DNA of 64,000 nucleotides from a virus (Duplodnaviria; Caudoviricetes): IMG/VR virus record IMGVR_UViG_3300029288_000081, positions 107,467 to 171,466 of that record; one strand, 5' to 3'. Shown piece by piece: positions 46,861 to 55,126 of this stretch (position 1 is its first letter; each line of letters starts with the position of its first letter). The notes under the pieces were generated by a model. It saw only the letters and a program-made list of their open reading frames with translations, ran no database searches and was not told where the DNA came from. The position numbers and the translations under genes were made by a program.

Positions 46861-48119
46861 GCATGCCCAAGCTGCTCGCCAACGGCAGGCCGGAGGCCAA
46901 GGGTCGCCGATCATCCAACAAGGAGGTCGGCGACCTGATCCAGAAGGCCCGCGCGCAGGGCTGGTCCGTCCTGCACACCGGCAGCGGGCACTACGTCTTC
47001 CGCTCGCCCGACAAGACGAAGCCCCAGGTGATCGTGCCGAGCACGCCAGGAGGCGGCAACCGCTCGCTTCAGAACGCAAGAGCCCTGCTCAAGAAGAGCG
47101 GTCTCGTCATGAACCCGTACTACCACGCGACTCGTGCCGACTTCGCACGGCAGATCCTGGAGGAGCGCAAGCTCCGTGCACATCCGGCGAGGAAGTACGG
47201 CGGCCGCCCTGCCGTGTTCGCAGGAGACACGCGGTCTTCGACGATGGGAGACGCCGCGCTGAGCTGGTCCGACAGCAAGCACTCCCTGCACTTCGGGGCA
47301 CATCCCGAAGACGAGAACGTGCTGATCGAGTTCGAGGCTGACGAGCCCGATGACCGGCGCGGCCCGCACGGGCACGAAGCGGTCTGGTTCCACGACGTGG
47401 AGCTTCGCGACCCGAAGATCGTCACGCGCCGTCCTGGACGCATGGTGTGGAACGGCGGAGACGTCGCTGCGCGGTTCATGCGGCTCGTCAACATGACGCC
47501 TTCGCAGATCCGAGCATGGGCCAAGGACCCTCGTTCCAGGTGCTACTCGTTCGCCTCGACACGTGCACGTCTCCCGGCACTCGCGAAGCTGCGAGCCAAG
47601 CCGGTGAGCGAGTGGACGGCGAAGGACTACGCCTTCGCACGACGCGTGGTCTCGTTCAACACCCGCATGCTCGGTGCCAAGCGACGCGACGGGTGCCGAG
47701 ACGGCTACACCGTCTCTCTTCGGAACTGGGGACACGATCCGAGGTGCAAGCTCCCGGTGTCGTGCAAGAGCAAGAGGTCTTCGATGAAGAGGAACAAGCG
47801 ACGCGTTCGCAGGAACCCGCAGGTCTCGTACGGTCTGATCGCCATCGGCATCGCTGGTGTCGCGGCGCTGGCTTGGTGGGCTTCGCGGCCAGCCGTGCCG
47901 ACCACGCCAGCGCTCGCGGCGAACCAGAACGCAGCGGCTGCGGTTGCCGCGCAGCGTGAGCCAGAGATCGTCCGCATGATGGCGCGTGACCCTCGTCTCA
48001 CACGAGCGGAGGCTGCTGCGCGGTACGATCGCGCTGTCGGCGCTGTCTTCGCTGCGGCGTCTACGATCGCCGCGGGCCTGCGCCCCACGAGCGGCATGGG
48101 CAGCTACTATAGGACGTGA
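46857..48119 (+). CDS. Multi-domain polyprotein: HicA-like, ART-like, DUF3140-like and TM
   Basis: HicA-like GWSVLHTGSGHYVFRSP..VIVPSTP. ART-like YYHATRADFARQIL..AVF..LIEF..E. DUF3140-like LVNMTPSQIRAW..SLRNWGHDP. TM follows VRRNP. Confidence 0.7.
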   Translation: MSMPKLLANGRPEAKGRRSSNKEVGDLIQKARAQGWSVLHTGSGHYVFRSPDKTKPQVIVPSTPGGGNRSLQNARALLKKSGLVMNPYYHATRADFARQILEERKLRAHPARKYGGRPAVFAGDTRSSTMGDAALSWSDSKHSLHFGAHPEDENVLIEFEADEPDDRRGPHGHEAVWFHDVELRDPKIVTRRPGRMVWNGGDVAARFMRLVNMTPSQIRAWAKDPRSRCYSFASTRARLPALAKLRAKPVSEWTAKDYAFARRVVSFNTRMLGAKRRDGCRDGYTVSLRNWGHDPRCKLPVSCKSKRSSMKRNKRRVRRNPQVSYGLIAIGIAGVAALAWWASRPAVPTTPALAANQNAAAAVAAQREPEIVRMMARDPRLTRAEAAARYDRAVGAVFAAASTIAAGLRPTSGMGSYYRT

Positions 48120-48853
48120 TGGTCATGCTCCGGAACGGTTGCCCTTCGTGCGGTGGCGTCTCTCACCCGGCGACAGGATCTGTCCTGCCGTCGGGAGAGG
48201 TGGTGTGCGGCCCGTGCGTGAGGCGGTTCTGGAGCTGGGCCTCGGAGCACGGCAAGAAGACGTACCGCGTCGGCAAGAAGGGCAAGGGCTCGAAGTACAT
48301 CGCGTTCCCGACGGGGATCACGAAGAAGAACCCTGCCGAGCGCGACTGCATCAAGTGCAGCGGCACAGGACGCATCCCACGGTTCGGGCACTACGCCGAG
48401 GGCGTCTGCTTCGACTGCGGTGGGACTGGCGTGGAGCGCAAGGGTAGCCGGCGTGGACCGGCGCTGCCGCCGTCGGAGCCGGAGCCCGTCGAGAAGAAGA
48501 TCCATCGAAGCGTCTCGGACTTGCGGACGATGTGGCACAACTACAGTGTCCACCACAGGTCGGGGGCGCTCGATGAGATGTGGCTCAACTGGTCGCACGG
48601 TAGGTACGACAGCGAGTGGTCGCGGTTCGTCAACGGCGAGCGTGCGACGAAGCCGATCTCTCCGTCTGCCGCGGACGGTAGGCGTGAGTGGCTGGAGACC
48701 GTTCAGTTTCTGCTGGACGACTTGCGCAAGCTCGGCGCCCCAGAGAAGGCTGACGAGATCGCCAAGCAGTTCCAGACGCACCTGCACGCGCCGGTGAAGA
48801 ACAGGCGGTCGCGTCGCACGAGCCGACGTCGCACGAGCCGGCGGAGGCGCTGA
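48116..48853 (+). CDS. Zinc-finger protein with Arg tail
   Basis: CPSC..CGPC, CIKCSGTG..CFDCGGTG, and the C-terminus VKNRRSRRTSRRRTSRRRR. Confidence 0.7.
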   Translation: MMVMLRNGCPSCGGVSHPATGSVLPSGEVVCGPCVRRFWSWASEHGKKTYRVGKKGKGSKYIAFPTGITKKNPAERDCIKCSGTGRIPRFGHYAEGVCFDCGGTGVERKGSRRGPALPPSEPEPVEKKIHRSVSDLRTMWHNYSVHHRSGALDEMWLNWSHGRYDSEWSRFVNGERATKPISPSAADGRREWLETVQFLLDDLRKLGAPEKADEIAKQFQTHLHAPVKNRRSRRTSRRRTSRRRR

Positions 48854-49290
48854 TGTCAGGCCGATGGGGCACCAGGGGAGCGGGGATCTTGATCGCCGCT
48901 CGCAACACCGGACGCGTCCTTCTGCTTCGCCGCTCGGCCGAGGTGAACGAGGGCGGCACATGGGGCACGCCCGGAGGGAAGATCGAGCCACGCGAGAGCG
49001 CTCGTACGGCAGCCATCAGAGAGCTGCGTGAAGAGGCTGGCTACAGCGGTCCGATCACGGTCATGAAGGAGCCCATCTTCGTGTTCAAGGAGCCGAACTT
49101 CGAGTTCCTGACCTTCTTCGGACACATCGACGACGAGTTCGATCCGTATCTGAACTGGGAGAGCGATAACGCAGGATGGTTTCCGCTGAGCAAGCTGCCG
49201 CGACCACTGCACTTCGGCGTGACCGCTCTCATGCGTGAGCGGAAGAGCGACGTCGCGGCGGAGATCGATCGCATTCAGTGGCAGTCCTAG
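48853..49290 (+). CDS. NUDIX hydrolase
   Basis: Nudix box GGKIEPRESARTAAIRELREEAG. Confidence 0.92.
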   Translation: MSGRWGTRGAGILIAARNTGRVLLLRRSAEVNEGGTWGTPGGKIEPRESARTAAIRELREEAGYSGPITVMKEPIFVFKEPNFEFLTFFGHIDDEFDPYLNWESDNAGWFPLSKLPRPLHFGVTALMRERKSDVAAEIDRIQWQS

Positions 49291-49344
49291 ATCGTCGCAT
49301 GCTACCGTTGCGGCGGGCGTCCTGGTGCCGGAGCAACGAGCTTC

Positions 49345-49707
49345 ATGGCCCTCTACAGCGTTTGGGATTGGAACAGGAACAGCTACCGCGTCTACACGAC
49401 GCCGACGCATGTTTCCGTTGGTGACGACCCAACACCCCCGAAGCCGCTCGTGCTCAGCCCGATCGGTGCCAACCCGGACACCGACGTCAAGCCGCTCCCG
49501 GCAGGAGCGAAGCTGATCGGCCACGACCACTTCGCTCGCGGGGAGATTCGCCGCATGCCCAGCGGGCTATTCGACCTCGGAGACGATGCTGGCACGGGTA
49601 GCAGCCTCTGGTCGCAGCCCTTGGTCATGTTCGCCGCTGGCGCCGCCGCCGTCGTGGCCTACCAGGCGTGGAAGAGACGCCCGATCAGGAACAGGAGGCG
49701 CCGATGA
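49345..49707 (+). CDS. Small virion membrane protein
   Basis: LFDLGD, TM, then PIRNRRRR. Confidence 0.7.
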   Translation: MALYSVWDWNRNSYRVYTTPTHVSVGDDPTPPKPLVLSPIGANPDTDVKPLPAGAKLIGHDHFARGEIRRMPSGLFDLGDDAGTGSSLWSQPLVMFAAGAAAVVAYQAWKRRPIRNRRRR

Positions 49708-50447
49708 AGCTCGTACGCAGCGCAAGGGGGTTGGACGAAGAAGAGATCGAGGAGGAGGAGGCTGACCTGAAGCCCAACCCGCATCGCCGCGCCTCCGCCC
49801 TGCACGGCCGTTCGTCGATGGACACGCGTCACATGGGCCGCGACATCGATCCAGATCGGCACGTCGGCAAGCGCGGCAGCGACCTCGATACAGCGATGGA
49901 CCGCTACGAGACCTTCCACGCCAAGCGTCCGCTGCGCACCGTGGAGCTTCCGCACGACCTTCCCACCTCCGTCGTTCCCGTCGGCCAGGTCATCGCCACG
50001 ATGTATCGCACCGACAAGTGGCACGAGGACGGCGACGACGAGGACTACAAGCACGTCCACGACAACAGCCGCGGCGGCACCGACAAGGAGTACGAGTTCG
50101 GCAAGGGCGTCATCGCCTACGAGCCCGCCCAGCAGGCAAGCAAGAGCGTCGTGGCGACGGACGGCAAGCGGCGCAAGGCCAAGCCGACCGAGAAGCCGAT
50201 GCGCCTGCCGGTTCACGCTCCCGGGGCCCTCTCACTGCTCGGCTACTGCCTGGGCGTCTTCGTGCAGCGGTTCGACGACGAAGAGATCTACGAGATCAGC
50301 CCCCGCGGCTGCTACCTCTTCTGCTCTCCGAAGGGAGACATGCTCGCGATCTACTCGCCCGACAAGCAGCCCGACGGCTCAGTCGGCTTCCTGATGATCA
50401 TGGCCGGCGGTGGCTTGCGAGTTCTCAAGGACGGGATCGACGGATAG
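49704..50447 (+). CDS. Putative virion core protein
   Basis: Acidic leader, LKPNP, then a globular YETFHAK...MYRTDKW...YKHVH...GGGLRVLKDGIDG region. Confidence 0.7.
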   Translation: MKLVRSARGLDEEEIEEEEADLKPNPHRRASALHGRSSMDTRHMGRDIDPDRHVGKRGSDLDTAMDRYETFHAKRPLRTVELPHDLPTSVVPVGQVIATMYRTDKWHEDGDDEDYKHVHDNSRGGTDKEYEFGKGVIAYEPAQQASKSVVATDGKRRKAKPTEKPMRLPVHAPGALSLLGYCLGVFVQRFDDEEIYEISPRGCYLFCSPKGDMLAIYSPDKQPDGSVGFLMIMAGGGLRVLKDGIDG

Positions 50448-50489
50448 TCTTCGCGTTTCAGTTTCACCGCGCATCAAGGAAAACGGAAC

Positions 50490-50840
50490 ATGGATTTTCA
50501 GTGGCTGGCCATCGCGTCTTTCGTCCTCTCGCTGATCAGCGGCCCCATCGTACTCGCGGCAGTGAACGCTGTTCACGAGAGGAAGACGGCTGTCCTCATT
50601 TTCGACGCGCTGGAGAAGGAGAAGAAGGTCGCCGAGCATGCCTACAAGGCGTCCGCCACCGCTCTCATCGACACCGCTTTGGACAAGGAGAGGGAGCGGA
50701 GCAAGGAGCTGTTCGCTCTGAAGCATGAAGTAGCCGAGATGAAGGGGCACGTCATGCAGCTCGTCACCAACACGCAGGCTCTCGACATCAAGCTCGACAA
50801 GATGAGCGATCTGCTCATGGACCTGAGGCGTCAGCGGTGA
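50490..50840 (+). CDS. N-terminal TM plus coiled-coil protein (holin-like architecture)
   Basis: Hydrophobic N-terminus and heptad C-terminus. Confidence 0.6.
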   Translation: MDFQWLAIASFVLSLISGPIVLAAVNAVHERKTAVLIFDALEKEKKVAEHAYKASATALIDTALDKERERSKELFALKHEVAEMKGHVMQLVTNTQALDIKLDKMSDLLMDLRRQR

Positions 50841-51157
50841 GCGAGAGACCGAAGACGACAGATCAGATCCTCGCCGAGCTGAAGGAGCTGCGGCGTGAGG
50901 TCTTCATGCTCATCGGCCGCATGAACCGCATCGAAAGCCGCATCGAAGAGGCGATCGACGCGCCCACGGTCGAGCGTCTCGTCGTGCCAGCGAGCGTCGT
51001 TGGCACCGCGGCGCAGCTCGGGGAAGAACTAACCGAGGGGCGACGCATCACCAAGGCGGCGAAGGAGAGCGCCAAGAACCTTCGTCGCGTGGTCTCTCCC
51101 GAGGACGACACTGGCTCCTACATGCTGAGCGAGATCAAGTCCAAGAAGGGTCAATAG
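50837..51157 (+). CDS. Hypothetical coiled-coil protein
   Basis: 106 aa, translationally coupled. Confidence 0.6.
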   Translation: MSERPKTTDQILAELKELRREVFMLIGRMNRIESRIEEAIDAPTVERLVVPASVVGTAAQLGEELTEGRRITKAAKESAKNLRRVVSPEDDTGSYMLSEIKSKKGQ

Positions 51158-51209
51158 GGCGCTCGACACAGAAAAGAGTGTCTGACAAGCACTTTTTCTC
51201 ACGACGTCG

Positions 51210-51238
51210 TTGACACCTGTGCTGGCTCCATGTAGTTT
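51210..51238 (+). promoter_or_regulatory. Sigma70 promoter of the core/capsid operon
   Basis: TTGACA-N17-TAGTTT. Confidence 0.75.
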
Positions 51239-51303
51239 CACTCTCGAAGACCTGGGGCGTGCCCCTCCCTGCTACGGCGGGTCGAGCGGGTGACGTGTGT
51301 CCA

Positions 51304-54078
51304 ATGGCCCTGGTCTACAAGCGCAGCACGAAGAATGCGGCTCGCCGGTACGAGAGATCGTCCGGCATGGAGCCCAATCGTGGCCTGCGCTCGAACCCCG
51401 GGGTCAGCGCGTTGACGGTGGTGAACACCGGGCGCGCCCCGAATGGTCGTTTTCAGAGTGGCCGACCGAGTGGCCGGGGCTCGAAGAAGGCGCCGAAGAA
51501 GAATCCCTTTCAGTGGATCTCCGGACGCAAGAAGCACATCCACGAGAGCCCTTCGTACCGGACCCTTCACGGGGCCAAGGCGTGGAAGGCCAGTCACCCT
51601 GGCGGCAAGGGGCGCGGTCGAGCCCGGCTCTACGCGACTGACGAGTACGGAACGGTCCTGTCCAAGGCGATCCCCGAGCGACTGCTCACGAATCCCACGA
51701 GGAGAAGCGGAATGGCATACAACATCGGAGCACTGCGTCGCGCCATGCGAGCGAACTACGGCGCAGGCGGCGTGGACGACCCGGGCGCATCTTCGCTCTT
51801 CGCGGCAGCTCGTGCGATCGACACCGGCGGCCGCTCCTCGACGGCGCCGCGCAAGCGTCGCCCCTCCGCTCGCCGGCCGCGCTCGTCGCGTCCCGCCGAG
51901 AGCGCGTCCATGGGTGGGATGACCATCGCGTCCCGCGGCAAGCGTCGCAGCAGCCGGCACCGTGCCGGCACGCGCGGCAAGCAGCACGACGCGCACATCC
52001 GCACCCACGTGCGCCACACGGCCGGCAAGAAGGCAGCCGCGACCCGCAAGCGCAACGCGAGCCGCCGTGCGGCCGCGGCGAAGAAGGCAGCCAGGACGCG
52101 GAAGCGTCGGGCGAGCGGCCGTCTGCCCAGCAGCAGGCGTCGGGCGAGCCGCCGGGGCGGCAAGCGCCGGGCGACCAAGCGGAGCGCGACGAAGCGCCGG
52201 GCGAGCCGTCGCGGCAGCAAGCGCCGGGCGAGCCGTCGTCGTCGGAGCCGCCGGTCGAGCAAGCGCGGCCTCAGCCGTCGCTCCTACTTCCACGGCCGCC
52301 GAGTGCGTCTCACGGGTCGTGAGTACCTCGACAAGTACCTGACGCGCGGCTTCATGCCGACCGTCACCCGCGTCGGCCGTCTGCCCCTCAGCCGCTCGGG
52401 CCGCCCGTCGATCATGACGTACCCGATCCCGCGCGGAGTCGGCCGTCTCTCCAGCTCCCGCTCGGTGCGCGGCGGCACGCGCCGCGGCTACGCGGTCGGG
52501 GCCAGCTACCGCAAGGGCAAGAAGGGGCGCCACAAGCGCCGCATGACAGCCCTCGCGGCGAACGGTCGTCGCCGGTCGCGTCGCGGCAGCCGCCGCTCCT
52601 CGCGCCGCCGGGGCAGCCGTCGCAGCTCGCGCCGTCGCGCTTCGCGCCGCCGGGTCACCAGGAACACCATGTACGCCACAGCCAACGGTCGTCGTCGGTC
52701 CCGTCGGGCCTCGCGCCGCCGAGGCTCGCGCCGCAGCTCGCGTCGCGCCTCGCGCCGCCGGGTCAGCCGCAACCAGAAGTACGTCGTGATGAACGGCCGT
52801 CGCCGGTCGCGTCGCGGCAGCCGCCGGGGCTCGCGTCGCCGGGGCTCGCGCCGCGGCCGTCGCATGACCCGCAACATGCTCGCGGTCTCCAAGCTCCGCT
52901 ACCGCGGCAAGGGTTCCAGCCGCGTCGGCACGCCGAAGGGCCGGTACTACCAGCTCGTCGAGTACGGGCCGAAGAGCGGCCGCAAGTACAGCCGCGCCGG
53001 CTACCCGGTGCTGGTGCCGCCGCACGTCTCGCAGTTCTCGTACGTGCGCAAGTTCCGCCTCGGCGGTGCTGCGCGTGACGCGCACTCGCGGGCCAAGTCG
53101 GGCGGCTACAAGGAGCGGAAGCGGTACAGCCGCTGGCGCAAGCCGCCGGCCTCGTGGCTCAGGAAGTCCAGCAGGAAGAAGAAGATGACGGCGAACAGGC
53201 GCTCGTCGAGGAGGTCGTCGATGCGAAGGAACCAGAAGTACGTCGTCATGAACCGCCGTCGTCGTGTCCGCAGGAACACGGGCTTCGCGTCCGTGCTCGG
53301 CGGCGCAGATCTGATGCGGGACGTCGTGACTCCGGTCATCGGCGGCACGGTCGGCTTCGTGGCGGCACGCCTGCTCTCGAACGGGCTCGCCAACGTCCCG
53401 CAGCTCCGCGGCATGCTCGACAGCGGCGCGGTGGACGCGGCGGGCGCGTCGAACACGAAGATCGCAGCGAACCTCCTCGGGATCGCGGCGACCCTCGGGC
53501 TCAGCACCAAGGTCGGCATCATCCGCCAGAACCGCGGCGCGCTCGTGACCGGCATGGGCCTCGCGCTCACCGATCGGCTCATCCAGCGCTTCTCGGCCGG
53601 CACGGCCTACGGCGGCTACCTCGGCGAGTACGTCGACCAGCCGATGAGCGGCTTCGGCGAGTACGTCGACCAGCCGATGAGCGGCTTCGGCGAGTACGTC
53701 GACCAGCCGATGAGCGGACTCGGCACGATGTACGCCGCGGCAGGCGTCGGCGAGTACGTCGAGGGCGTCGACCCGGCGAACATGGCCGGCGTGGACGGCC
53801 TGATGGACGTCATGGAGGCTGCGGCGGGCACCGCGATGGAAGCCGCAGCGGGCTTCGGCGACACCATGGGCTCCGGCGAGGCCGACGCCTCGCTCGCGGC
53901 GATGTACGCGAGGCGCCAGCCCCCGTTCGTCTCGACCGAGATGCCGGTCGGCGGCGCGCTCCCGATCAACACGCAGTCCCCCCTCGACAGGGAAGTCAAG
54001 GAGTCCCTCGTGACGCCGGAGGGCAAGGGCTTCGCAGGCGGCGTCTTCGCGCGGCACCTCTTCGCAGGGATGTTCTGA
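51304..54078 (+). CDS. Protamine-like Arg/Ser-rich core polyprotein fused to a 3-TM membrane domain
   Basis: About 650 aa of basic sequence punctuated by xxN sites, three hydrophobic segments, then GEYVDQPMSG(F/L) repeats and the end FARHLFAGMF. Confidence 0.8.
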   Translation: MALVYKRSTKNAARRYERSSGMEPNRGLRSNPGVSALTVVNTGRAPNGRFQSGRPSGRGSKKAPKKNPFQWISGRKKHIHESPSYRTLHGAKAWKASHPGGKGRGRARLYATDEYGTVLSKAIPERLLTNPTRRSGMAYNIGALRRAMRANYGAGGVDDPGASSLFAAARAIDTGGRSSTAPRKRRPSARRPRSSRPAESASMGGMTIASRGKRRSSRHRAGTRGKQHDAHIRTHVRHTAGKKAAATRKRNASRRAAAAKKAARTRKRRASGRLPSSRRRASRRGGKRRATKRSATKRRASRRGSKRRASRRRRSRRSSKRGLSRRSYFHGRRVRLTGREYLDKYLTRGFMPTVTRVGRLPLSRSGRPSIMTYPIPRGVGRLSSSRSVRGGTRRGYAVGASYRKGKKGRHKRRMTALAANGRRRSRRGSRRSSRRRGSRRSSRRRASRRRVTRNTMYATANGRRRSRRASRRRGSRRSSRRASRRRVSRNQKYVVMNGRRRSRRGSRRGSRRRGSRRGRRMTRNMLAVSKLRYRGKGSSRVGTPKGRYYQLVEYGPKSGRKYSRAGYPVLVPPHVSQFSYVRKFRLGGAARDAHSRAKSGGYKERKRYSRWRKPPASWLRKSSRKKKMTANRRSSRRSSMRRNQKYVVMNRRRRVRRNTGFASVLGGADLMRDVVTPVIGGTVGFVAARLLSNGLANVPQLRGMLDSGAVDAAGASNTKIAANLLGIAATLGLSTKVGIIRQNRGALVTGMGLALTDRLIQRFSAGTAYGGYLGEYVDQPMSGFGEYVDQPMSGFGEYVDQPMSGLGTMYAAAGVGEYVEGVDPANMAGVDGLMDVMEAAAGTAMEAAAGFGDTMGSGEADASLAAMYARRQPPFVSTEMPVGGALPINTQSPLDREVKESLVTPEGKGFAGGVFARHLFAGMF
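53621..53724 (+). repeat. 33-bp coding tandem repeat, three copies
   Basis: tcggcgagtacgtcgaccagccgatgagcggct x3, encoding GEYVDQPMSGF. Confidence 0.9.
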
Positions 54079-54140
54079 GCCTGGCGCAAGCCTGAGCCCT
54101 GACCATCAACGTCACCCACCACTTCAGGAGATCGAACATC

Positions 54141-54959
54141 ATGGCACGACGCCGACACAGCCGACGATCAGCGGTGCGCTCCACCAGGCGCCGCCGTCGG
54201 GTTCACCGCAATGCCCGCAAGGTGCTGCGGAACCTCTTCGGCGCCGACGTCATGCGCGACGTGGTCGCACCGGTCCTCGGTGGCACCGTCGGCTTCGTGG
54301 CGGCGCGCTACGCGGGCAACATGCTCTCGGCGCGCGTCTCCCAGCTGGCGGACCCGCGCTACGGCAAGCTCGCCGCCGCGGCCGTCCTCATCCCCGCGAC
54401 GTTCGCCGCAGCGCGGATGTACCCGGGCATGGTGCGTCAGAACGCAGGAGCAGCGGTGCTCGGCATCGGCCTCGCCGCAGCCGAGTCCTTCCTTCGGAAC
54501 ACGCCGCTCCTGGGTGGCGCTCCGCAGGCAGCGATCCTCGCGTCGGGCCCGGCAGCTTCTGGTCCGACGGCGGCTGGCGCGTACTACGCCACCGCGGGGC
54601 TCGGTCGCGGCTACGACGTCTCTCACGCAGGCGCGCCCTACCAGGGCATGCTCGGCATGGGGACGATGTACGCGGCAGCGGGCATCGGTGAGTACGTCGA
54701 GCAGCCGATGAGCGGCCTCGGCGACTCGGGTGACGGGATCTCCGGCATCAACGACCTCGGCGCCCCCGGCGACCAGGGCGCGGTCGACAGCTCCATGAAC
54801 CGCATGGAGTCGATCTCGACGATCAACCCCACCGACCTCGCCCTCCGCGCTCCGAACCGTCCGCAGGTCAAGCGCGTCACCACCCCCTTCGCCTCGGGCG
54901 ACGAGGGCTACGCGGGCGGCACCTTCGCCCGCCACCTCTTCTCCGGAATGGTGGGCTGA
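54141..54959 (+). CDS. Paralog of the C-terminal membrane part of the core polyprotein
   Basis: Shares GADxMRDVVxPVxGGTVGFVAAR, GTMYAAAGxGEYVE, QPMSGLG and GxAGGxFARHLF. AGGAG RBS. Confidence 0.85.
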   Translation: MARRRHSRRSAVRSTRRRRRVHRNARKVLRNLFGADVMRDVVAPVLGGTVGFVAARYAGNMLSARVSQLADPRYGKLAAAAVLIPATFAAARMYPGMVRQNAGAAVLGIGLAAAESFLRNTPLLGGAPQAAILASGPAASGPTAAGAYYATAGLGRGYDVSHAGAPYQGMLGMGTMYAAAGIGEYVEQPMSGLGDSGDGISGINDLGAPGDQGAVDSSMNRMESISTINPTDLALRAPNRPQVKRVTTPFASGDEGYAGGTFARHLFSGMVG

Positions 54960-54979
54960 ACGGCCCTCCTCACAACAAC

Positions 54980-55108
54980 AGTTCTCGTGTCCAGTAGCTG
55001 ACGGGCGAAAGCCCCGTACCGCTGCGGGGTTCTGGACACGGGGCTCGACGACAATGCTGTCGGTGAGTCCCTGAGCAGCGAGAAAGAGTGCCGGTGCGGA
55101 CCGGCACG
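54980..55108 (+). promoter_or_regulatory. Structured 5' leader of the putative major capsid gene
   Basis: Stem ctcgtgtccag/ctggacacggg encloses gggc-GAAA-gccc and ccccg/cgggg. A further hairpin gtgccggt-gcgg-accggcac follows. Confidence 0.5.
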
Positions 55109-55126
55109 AACGAGAGAGAAAAGTCC

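Noticed and set aside
36672-49707. TM plus basic tail as a host sortase/exosortase signal (LPxTG, PEP-CTERM, MYXO-CTERM)
   Set aside because: There are no signal peptides and no conserved motif just before the TM. The conserved Asn lies after the TM and also occurs in soluble proteins.
51304-53280. Arg-rich region as an off-frame GC artefact
   Set aside because: It is in frame with a domain that has a clear paralogue, has protein-level repeats with synonymous variation, and carries the same xxN motif as many other genes.
53621-53724. 33-bp direct repeats as a CRISPR array
   Set aside because: The repeats are contiguous with no spacers, lie in frame within a CDS, and no cas genes are present.
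51238-54057. Long antisense ORFs (also 2672..4435+, 37708..39684-, 56126..58366-, 22836..24401+)
   Set aside because: They are shadow frames of high-GC genes, with no motifs or RBS, and overlap well-supported genes on the other strand.
54995-55030. Hammerhead ribozyme or c-di-GMP riboswitch (CTGA...GAAA)
   Set aside because: The CUGANGA core is absent (CTGACGG), and the GEMM consensus is not matched.
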